Virus record (IMG/VR): IMGVR_UViG_3300025853_000035
Location: 64,001 to 128,000 of that record
Source of the DNA: a virus
Lineage: Duplodnaviria > Heunggongvirae > Uroviricota > Caudoviricetes
Strand: one strand, 5' to 3'
Length of the DNA stretch: 64,000 nt
Shown piece after piece: positions 1 to 5,428 of this stretch. The translations under genes and the position numbers were made by a program. The notes beneath the pieces were generated by a model. That model was given only the letters and a program-made list of their open reading frames with translations. It was not told the origin of the DNA and made no database searches. The first letter of the stretch is position 1. The number at the start of each line of letters is the position of its first letter.

Positions 1-11
1 GAACCGCTCCC

Positions 12-92
12 TTAGAGGGATGAACTACAATACTGGCTCTGCCAGTGTAGTTGGGTCAGCGTAAGCTGATGCAAGGCGGTCGTTGTGAACAT
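12..92 (-). CDS. Leader peptide L3 (26 aa, MFTTTALHQLTLTQLHWQSQYCSSSL), putative attenuator peptide
   Basis: Hand-translated; ATG lies 7 nt after the TATACT -10 box (leaderless); 23 of 26 residues are T/L/H/Q/W/S/Y/C. Confidence 0.8.
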   Translation of the reverse strand: MFTTTALHQLTLTQLHWQSQYCSSSL

Positions 93-99
93 GGCGTGG

Positions 100-128
100 A
101 GTATATTCAAACTTTACAGTGATGTCAA
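100..128 (-). promoter_or_regulatory. sigma70-type promoter of the L3 operon
   Basis: TTGACA (128-123), 17-bp spacer, TATACT (105-100), T-rich upstream. Confidence 0.85.
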
Positions 129-159
129 ACAAAAAATGACATTAGGTTGAAAATAGTTC

Positions 160-237
160 TGGAACCCCGTGAGGGATTCGAACCCCCGACCCTGCCGGTA
201 GAAGCGGCGCGCTCTTGATCCGCTGAGCTAACGGGGT
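160..237 (-). tRNA. tRNA-Arg(TCT)
   Basis: Cloverleaf folded by hand; anticodon loop CTTCTAC, TTCGAAT T-loop, encoded CCA. Confidence 0.93.
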
Positions 238-245
238 GTGATGTC

Positions 246-319
246 TGGTGCCGAGTGCCGAATCGAACGGCCTCTCTCGCGTTTCAAACGAGCGCTTCGA
301 CCTGCAAAGCTTACTCGGC
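246..319 (-). tRNA. tRNA-Phe(GAA)
   Basis: GCCGAGT/ACTCGGC acceptor stem, loop TTGAAAC, TTCGATT T-loop, CCA; T-stem short. Confidence 0.82.
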
Positions 320-327
320 ATAGAGGG

Positions 328-408
328 TGGAGCCGCTGACAGGATTCGAACCTGCATTTGCATCCAGTTACCTTTCTCTCCGTTCGTAGCGGAGGGGGTT
401 ACAGCGGC
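328..408 (-). tRNA. Atypical D-armless tRNA-Arg(ACG)-like RNA
   Basis: Perfect 7-bp acceptor, CTCCG/CGGAG stem with loop CTACGAA, canonical T arm and CCA, no D arm, ~22-nt extra region. Confidence 0.7.
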
Positions 409-416
409 ATTGAAAC

Positions 417-494
417 TGGTCTCGCCGACGGGATTCGAACCCGCATTGACCTGCTTGAAAGGCAAGGTTCTTAGGCCATTTAGAAGACGGCGAG
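417..494 (-). tRNA. tRNA-Glu(TTC)
   Basis: Cloverleaf; loop CTTTCAA; CCA. Confidence 0.93.
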
Positions 495-495
495 A

Positions 496-570
496 TGGTA
501 GCGCATGGGGGAATCGAACCCCCGTCTCAGGCTTGAGAAGCCCGTGTCCTGTCCGCTAGACGAATGCGCC
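496..570 (-). tRNA. tRNA-Glu(CTC)
   Basis: Cloverleaf; loop TTCTCAA; CCA. Confidence 0.92.
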
Positions 571-577
571 ATGGAAA

Positions 578-653
578 TGGCGAGAACGACGGGGTTCGAA
601 CCCGCGACAACCAGATAGACAATCCGGTGCTCTACCAACTGAGCTACGTTCCC
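578..653 (-). tRNA. tRNA-Asp(GTC)
   Basis: Cloverleaf; loop TTGTCTA; CCA. Confidence 0.93.
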
Positions 654-659
654 ATATGC

Positions 660-735
660 TGGAGCAGACGGCGAGGATCGAACTCGCGCTGCCGGAGGGT
701 GGAAACCTCCCGCTCTACCGCTGAGCTACGCCTGC
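660..735 (-). tRNA. tRNA-Gly(TCC)
   Basis: Cloverleaf; loop TTTCCAC; CCA. Confidence 0.93.
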
Positions 736-748
736 ATTGCATAAAAAC

Positions 749-823
749 TGGAGCGGGCAACGGGGTTCGAACCCGTGTCTCTGGACTGGCAGACCAGTGC
801 TCTTCCTACTGAGCTATACCTGC
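749..823 (-). tRNA. tRNA-Gly(GCC)
   Basis: Cloverleaf; loop CTGCCAG; CCA. Confidence 0.93.
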
Positions 824-1200
824 ATTTGCCTTTTCTGATGAGGATACAATCGGCTGGTGTAACCCATTTCCGCGTATGTCTTCCGGCGGTGACAGTTCGC
901 GCACCGGACGACACACTTATTGATCTCCTCGATCAGTCGAGGTAACTTTGTTCCGTCTCTGACTGCCTTAGAGACATTGAACTCCTTGGTGGCCCGATCG
1001 ACATGATCAAACTCAAGGACGATTATGTCATCTTCCCCACAGTCTATGCACGGGTGCTTGCTGAGATAGTCGATAACGTATTCTTGCGCTAACTGCCTAC
1101 GAAGAGCTTGCGCCTCAGCGGTGACTTTCCGCATCTTGGCACCGTTCTCGGCATAGTAGTTTTTCGCATAGGCACGTTTCGCCTCATCATCCCAAGCCAA
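814..1200 (-). CDS. HNH endonuclease inside the tRNA operon
   Basis: CIDCGE...LEFDH...CANCH motifs; likely TTG start at 1200 after AAGGAG; the longer ORF-track N-terminus overlaps tRNA-Lys. Confidence 0.85.
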   Translation of the reverse strand: MAWDDEAKRAYAKNYYAENGAKMRKVTAEAQALRRQLAQEYVIDYLSKHPCIDCGEDDIIVLEFDHVDRATKEFNVSKAVRDGTKLPRLIEEINKCVVRCANCHRRKTYAEMGYTSRLYPHQKRQMQV

Positions 1201-1217
1201 GCTGTCTCCTTTGTGTT

Positions 1218-1293
1218 TGGTGAACCGGGTGGGCCACGATCCCACAACCTTCGGGTTAAAAGCCCACTGCTCTGCCAATTGAGCTACCGGTCC
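1218..1293 (-). tRNA. tRNA-Lys(TTT), non-canonical T-loop
   Basis: Cloverleaf; loop CTTTTAA; T-loop ATCGTGG; CCA. Confidence 0.88.
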
Positions 1294-1307
1294 AAAGACC
1301 GGGAACA

Positions 1308-1341
1308 ACGAAAAACGCCCCACCGGGGGCGGTAGGGCGTC
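1308..1341 (-). terminator. Intrinsic terminator inside the L1 operon (putative attenuator)
   Basis: 11-bp stem ACGCCCTACCG/CGGTGGGGCGT, CCCC loop, followed by TTTTCGTT. Confidence 0.8.
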
Positions 1342-1359
1342 TAAATATCGATGCTGATT

Positions 1360-1435
1360 TGGAGGATCGACTGGGGCTTGAACCCAGCACCTGCGGAGTA
1401 AGAATCCGCCGCTCTACCTACTGAGCTATCGATCC
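1360..1435 (-). tRNA. tRNA-Lys(CTT)
   Basis: Cloverleaf; loop TTCTTAC; CCA. Confidence 0.92.
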
Positions 1436-1471
1436 GCTAAAACAGCACCGATAGCTAGGAGCACTACCGGA

Positions 1472-1534
1472 TTAGAGGCTAAAACCTCGTTCGCCGCGTT
1501 CCCGGCGATCTCGTTTGAATCCGAAGCGTTCCAT
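1472..1534 (-). CDS. Leader peptide L1 (20 aa, MERFGFKRDRRERGERGFSL), putative attenuator peptide
   Basis: Hand-translated; residues 2-18 are all E/R/F/G/K/D, the amino acids of the ten downstream tRNAs; AGGA...GAG upstream. Confidence 0.85.
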   Translation of the reverse strand: MERFGFKRDRRERGERGFSL

Positions 1535-1584
1535 GGTAGGTCTCAAAAAATCCTGTGAGGCATAATTGCCGTGAATGAAGCCGA

Positions 1585-1613
1585 ACTATACACAGCGACA
1601 GTCTGGCTGTCAA
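1585..1613 (-). promoter_or_regulatory. sigma70-type promoter of the L1 operon
   Basis: TTGACA (1613-1608), 17 bp, TATAGT (1590-1585). Confidence 0.85.
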
Positions 1614-1653
1614 CAAGAAAATTCAGAAAGGCGAACTTTTTTTTCCGGCCCGG

Positions 1654-2175
1654 TCAGAACCAGCAGTCGTTGAAGCATTGCTCCGCGATCTCGCGGTGCG
1701 TGGGAAAGCACAGATCAGCGACCTGCTCATACTCAGTGAGGAGGCCGAACTCCATGTTCTCCGGGCACAGCCGAAGCCGCTCATAGTGCCCGGCGGTCAG
1801 CACCCATGGGTTACGGAATACCGCCATCGTCTGCGCGCCGCCCGCTACCGGATAGCTCTGCACATATTCGAGGCTGTCGGCGGTTATGGTCCGGCCGGTC
1901 TCTTCCAGCCACTCACGACAAGCGGCTTGTTCGAAGGACTCACCGCGATTGACATGCCCGCCCAAGAACGCCCAGCCGCCACGGTGAGGCTCGATCGCCC
2001 GCCGGGCCATGAGAAGACCGCGCCGGCCGATGCCGACGCGAACCCGCTGGAGAACGACGACGACACCGGTGGGACTTCCCCACGTCATCGCCGAGCAGCC
2101 GGGGCACTTCATGGGATACTCGTGATCCACATGAGCCGTCCCGCAGGTCGAACAGAACAAATCCATCACGCTCAC
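1654..2175 (-). CDS. NUDIX hydrolase with N-terminal zinc ribbon
   Basis: GGHVNRGESFEQAACREWLEETG Nudix box; CxxC...CxxC. Confidence 0.9.
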   Translation of the reverse strand: MSVMDLFCSTCGTAHVDHEYPMKCPGCSAMTWGSPTGVVVVLQRVRVGIGRRGLLMARRAIEPHRGGWAFLGGHVNRGESFEQAACREWLEETGRTITADSLEYVQSYPVAGGAQTMAVFRNPWVLTAGHYERLRLCPENMEFGLLTEYEQVADLCFPTHREIAEQCFNDCWF

Positions 2176-2552
2176 TTTCTATCGTCCTGCTGACGATGCA
2201 GCATCTCGCGGATCGCCGCGAGGTCGTTCTTGATCTGCTCCTGCTCAGCATGGGTGAACGCATCACTATCCACGATCAGCTTGGCCGACATGATTGCCGT
2301 CATCACGGGAAAGGCGAAGCCCGGCCCGAAGTGCATGAGGAAGATAGCCACCCCTCGGCCGACCACCGTGACGGGATACATATCGCCGTATCCTGTCGTG
2401 GTCGCGGTGGTGAAGGCCCACCACAAGGAATCGCCAATCCCATATTTGGCTTCGGCCAGATCAAACAGCCCGGCGGCGAGGACCACGACAATGCCGTAGA
2501 CGATCGCGACGGTCAGGAAGCTCCGGCCGAGGAGGTGGACTATCTTTCTCAT
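2172..2552 (-). CDS. Two-TM potassium channel (KcsA-like)
   Basis: TM helix - WWAFTTATTTGYGDMYP pore motif - TM helix - short coiled coil. Confidence 0.92.
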   Translation of the reverse strand: MRKIVHLLGRSFLTVAIVYGIVVVLAAGLFDLAEAKYGIGDSLWWAFTTATTTGYGDMYPVTVVGRGVAIFLMHFGPGFAFPVMTAIMSAKLIVDSDAFTHAEQEQIKNDLAAIREMLHRQQDDRK

Positions 2553-2806
2553 CCCAAACCTCGCTCGCTGAGAAGGATTTTCTGGACGGACTGACCCACC
2601 ACCGAAAGGCGGAAGGTCCGATAGCCGTTATCGCTGCGAGGCCCCTCCTCGACGAGCGCCGGCCGCCGCAGCGTGTCCTTGGTCAACCGGATCGCACAAG
2701 ACTCGCTGCACCCGAGGATGCAGAAGTTCTCGTCGAGGTTGATAACCGTCGAAATTTGGCTGCGCTTGAGGCGGCCGGCGATGGAGGCGGGCGAGACGGG
2801 GGCCAT
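2549..2806 (-). CDS. Hypothetical protein
   Basis: Tightly coupled to both flanking genes in the operon. Confidence 0.5.
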   Translation of the reverse strand: MAPVSPASIAGRLKRSQISTVINLDENFCILGCSESCAIRLTKDTLRRPALVEEGPRSDNGYRTFRLSVVGQSVQKILLSERGLG

Positions 2807-2810
2807 CGCG

Positions 2811-3614
2811 TCAGCCCCCGATCACATGCGGCACGAACTTTGCCGTGTTGCTCGTGATGAGGCCGTCCTCGCGGATGCCGATACCGCACGGCTCGCCATC
2901 AACGATCCAGCTACCGATCACCGGGAAGACGCCGGGCGCGGTTTCCGGGAGACGATACATCTCCTGATAGACGTGCCCTTCCTCGCCGTAGTCGCCGCCG
3001 GTGGCCGCCAGCACATCACGATCCACGATCTCGATGTTGGCTCCCTCACGAGCCAGCAGCGGCTTCTTGACATAGGAGCCGGTCGCCGGCTTCTCGAAGC
3101 TGCTGTGGAGCAGGAAGGGGTTGCCGGGATCGAGCTTGGAGAGCAGGGGCAGGATGCCCTTGTTGCTCCACATCATCTTCCAGATCGGCTCCAGCCAGAC
3201 CATCGTATCGACGCTGTTGAACACGGCGTCGGCGTAGTCCTCGTTGACCAGCCATTCCCACGGGTAGAGTTTGAACAGGGTCGTGATGACCTCTTCGTCC
3301 AAATCAACGAAGCGCCCATCAGCCGACAGACCGATGTCTTCGATGAGGATGACCTTCGAGCCGATACCGCCGGCTGCTGCGGTGTCCCGCAGATAGGCGG
3401 TCGTCACGGTGTCTTCACCGGCATCGTCGAAGAAATGCGTGAAGTGCATTTCGCCGTTGGGGAGGAAGGGGCGGATGTCCGCCCACTTGGTGACCAGATG
3501 CTCGTGGATGGAGTTGAACTGGTCGAGGTCCGGGAAGACCTGCTCCTTCCAGCGCCACTGGATCACCGAGGCTTCCAGCAGCGAGGTCGGGGTGTCGCAA
3601 TTGAACTCGAACAT
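2811..3614 (-). CDS. Glutathionylspermidine synthase-like ATP-grasp ligase (YgiC/YjfC family), C-terminal part
   Basis: EFNCDTPTSLLEA, FKLYPWEWL, LEPIWKMMWSNKGIL, KKPLLAREGANI, PVIGSWIV motifs; frame opens at the G6 tract 3670-3675. Confidence 0.88.
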   Translation of the reverse strand: MFEFNCDTPTSLLEASVIQWRWKEQVFPDLDQFNSIHEHLVTKWADIRPFLPNGEMHFTHFFDDAGEDTVTTAYLRDTAAAGGIGSKVILIEDIGLSADGRFVDLDEEVITTLFKLYPWEWLVNEDYADAVFNSVDTMVWLEPIWKMMWSNKGILPLLSKLDPGNPFLLHSSFEKPATGSYVKKPLLAREGANIEIVDRDVLAATGGDYGEEGHVYQEMYRLPETAPGVFPVIGSWIVDGEPCGIGIREDGLITSNTAKFVPHVIGG

Positions 3615-3633
3615 CTTGGGTTCGGTCCGGCCG

Positions 3634-3960
3634 TCATAACCGAAGTCGAACCGGCCGTAGTTGAGGGCAGGGGGGTTCCTGATCCCACGCCCGGCGGATG
3701 GCGGCGTGCGCCTTCTGCGGGATGCCCATCTTCGTCAGCCATTCCCCGCTCTTGTCCCCGACGATGACATCGCCGGCTGCAAGCAGGAGGTTGTAGACGC
3801 TGCGGGTGGCCTCATCGAACAGGTCGATCTCGCCCGGCGCGAAGGAATAATAGGTTCCCTCCCGCCAGTAGGGATCGACGCCGTCGGTGTGCCAGATCAG
3901 TCCGTCATCGGCGACGGCCTGCTGCCAGTTGAGGCGCTGGGCGACCTGCTTACGGATCAA
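3634..3960 (-). CDS. Glutathionylspermidine synthase-like ligase, N-terminal part (frameshifted)
   Basis: R.NWQQ...YWREGTYYSF N-terminus typical of the family; removing one C at GAACCCCCCT joins it to LNYGRFDFGYDG. Confidence 0.82.
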   Translation of the reverse strand: MIRKQVAQRLNWQQAVADDGLIWHTDGVDPYWREGTYYSFAPGEIDLFDEATRSVYNLLLAAGDVIVGDKSGEWLTKMGIPQKAHAAIRRAWDQEPPCPQLRPVRLRL

Positions 3961-4346
3961 CCGCCGACACTCCCGAATGCCGACTTACCGAAGCCGCCGC
4001 GCGAGACAGCCGCCGCACGGGTCACGGACGAGGAAGCCGGGGCGTGGAAGTAGGTGGCACCGGGCGTGCGAGCGAAGCTGCCGCCACGCACCGGATCGCC
4101 GTGATAGGGGACTGCGGCCGACTTGCCGAGGTAATACCACATGAAGGCGTTGCCGGCTCCGCCGCCACGGTTCTGCTGGCAATAGCTGTCAGGCACGCGG
4201 CGCTTGTTCTTGTCGGTGCAGACCGCCGTGTTGCGGTCGGAATAGACGTTGTAGGACTCGTCCCACTGGTTGGCCGGGCGGCCACAGGCGCTTACCGCCA
4301 ACGCTGCTGCCAGCGTGGTGGTCAGCAGAAAAGACTTCTTCCGCAT
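3957..4346 (-). CDS. Lipoprotein, YgiB/DUF1190-like partner of the ATP-grasp ligase
   Basis: Signal peptide with lipobox VSAC; Gly/Ser/Arg tail SRGGFGKS; sits directly upstream of the YgiC-like gene. Confidence 0.75.
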   Translation of the reverse strand: MRKKSFLLTTTLAAALAVSACGRPANQWDESYNVYSDRNTAVCTDKNKRRVPDSYCQQNRGGGAGNAFMWYYLGKSAAVPYHGDPVRGGSFARTPGATYFHAPASSSVTRAAAVSRGGFGKSAFGSVGG

Positions 4347-4417
4347 AGTGATTCCCTCTGAAATTGTGAGTGAATCGCTGATACTTTAGAGACGCATAAT
4401 GTCAAGTAAAAATGACT

Positions 4418-4450
4418 GTGCCGCGAAACCTCAAAGAGGCTCGCGGCACA
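4418..4450 (-). terminator. Hairpin closing the L2 tRNA operon
   Basis: TGTGCCGCGA/TCGCGGCACA inverted repeat right after tRNA-Ile. Confidence 0.55.
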
Positions 4451-4460
4451 TGGAAGGGTA

Positions 4461-4534
4461 TGGTTGTTCTGGGAAGAATCGAACTTCCATCTGCCGATTA
4501 TCAGTCGGATGCACTACCGTTGTGCTACAGAACA
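4461..4534 (-). tRNA. tRNA-Ile(GAT)
   Basis: Cloverleaf; loop CTGATAA; CCA. Confidence 0.92.
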
Positions 4535-4543
4535 TCAACCAAA

Positions 4544-4621
4544 TGGCTGGCGTAGCTGGATTCGAACCAGCCTCAATCTCGGTTAACAGCCGAGCGCCTT
4601 CACCTAGAAGACTATACGCCA
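4544..4621 (-). tRNA. tRNA-Asn(GTT)
   Basis: Cloverleaf; loop CTGTTAA; CCA. Confidence 0.9.
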
Positions 4622-4628
4622 ATGAAAC

Positions 4629-4704
4629 TGGTGGAACAGGAGGGGATCGAACCCTCTACCTCCGGGGTGCAAAGCCGACGCTCTCCCAAGTGAGCTACTG
4701 CCCC
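4629..4704 (-). tRNA. tRNA-Ala(TGC)
   Basis: Cloverleaf; loop TTTGCAC; G3:U70 pair; CCA. Confidence 0.93.
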
Positions 4705-4816
4705 ATAAATCTGAGGGTCGGAAGGTTCCCTACTCCGCCGCCGAAGCGTGCGTAAGGGTCAAGGTTATCTCCCGGTTGCCTCTGCTCGCCAATGTTGTCC
4801 CGAGCAGACCCAAAAC

Positions 4817-4892
4817 TGGTGCTTCGTGTAGGTCCTGACCCTACGGCCTTCCGCATGTCATACGGATGCTCTACCAACTGAGCTAACGAAGC
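4817..4892 (-). tRNA. tRNA-Val(GAC), non-canonical T-loop
   Basis: Cloverleaf; loop ATGACAT; T-loop GTCAGGA; CCA. Confidence 0.85.
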
Positions 4893-4901
4893 ATATTCGG
4901 T

Positions 4902-4976
4902 TGGTGCTCGATGGAGGGACTGATCCTCCGGCCTCCGGCATGTGAAACCAGCGCTCTACCATTAAGCTAATCGAGC
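4902..4976 (-). tRNA. tRNA-Val(CAC), non-canonical T-loop
   Basis: Cloverleaf; loop TTCACAT; T-loop ATCAGTC; CCA. Confidence 0.85.
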
Positions 4977-4986
4977 ATGTTGAAAC

Positions 4987-5057
4987 TGGTAGCAGTGAGA
5001 GGATGTGCGCCTCTGGGTAGCAGGCTTATGAGGCCCGCCCCGAACTGATCCACTGCT
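4987..5057 (-). tRNA. Atypical tRNA with CAT anticodon (Met or Ile2), no D stem
   Basis: AGCAGTG/CACTGCT acceptor; GCGGGC/GCCTGC stem with loop CTCATAA; AGAGG/CCTCT T-stem with loop CGCACAT; CCA. Confidence 0.68.
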
Positions 5058-5064
5058 ATGAAAC

Positions 5065-5141
5065 TGGTCTAGCTGGCAGGATTTGAACCTGCGACCTCAC
5101 CCGTCCGAGGGGCACACGCTACCAGACTGCGCTACAGCTAG
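5065..5141 (-). tRNA. tRNA-Pro(CGG)
   Basis: Cloverleaf; loop CTCGGAC; CCA. Confidence 0.92.
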
Positions 5142-5147
5142 ATGAAA

Positions 5148-5223
5148 TGGTCAAGGTGGCCGGGATCGAACCGACGACTTCCTGCTCCCAAAGCAGGCGC
5201 TCTACCAACTGAGCTACACCGAG
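5148..5223 (-). tRNA. tRNA-Pro(TGG)
   Basis: Cloverleaf; loop TTTGGGA; two acceptor-stem mismatches; CCA. Confidence 0.85.
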
Positions 5224-5255
5224 AAACGAAAAAGGGCCGCTTTCGCGACCCTTTC
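5224..5255 (-). terminator. Intrinsic terminator between leader L2 and the first tRNA (putative attenuator)
   Basis: 10-bp stem AAAGGGTCGC/GCGGCCCTTT, GAAA tetraloop, TTTTTCGTTT tail. Confidence 0.85.
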
Positions 5256-5286
5256 GAAAAATCCCTTATGAGACGAGACGACCGGG

Positions 5287-5379
5287 TCAGTCGTCCTTCG
5301 TCGGGAGCGCGCACGCAATCACGGCCGGGACCATATTGGCCGGCGCTGCGATCATGTTGATGGCGGGAATGTTGCGCAT
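5287..5379 (-). CDS. Leader peptide L2 (30 aa, MRNIPAINMIAAPANMVPAVIACALPTKDD), putative attenuator peptide
   Basis: Hand-translated; residues 3-22 are all N/I/P/A/M/V, the amino acids of the eight downstream tRNAs; AGGA...GAG upstream. Confidence 0.87.
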   Translation of the reverse strand: MRNIPAINMIAAPANMVPAVIACALPTKDD

Positions 5380-5428
5380 GGGAAGCTCGTGAAATCCTGA
5401 AAAGCGGAGAACCGCTGTTGAAGTCCGA

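Noticed and set aside
142-914. ORF-track ORFs over the first tRNA cluster (142-465, 248-559, 564-812, 726-914)
   Set aside because: They overlap well-formed tRNA genes and lack RBS or protein motifs; the same holds for ORFs at 4399-4877 and 5138-5518.
4377-4405. sigma70 promoter for the YgiB/YgiC cassette
   Set aside because: TTGACA is present but there is no acceptable -10 hexamer at 16-18 bp spacing.
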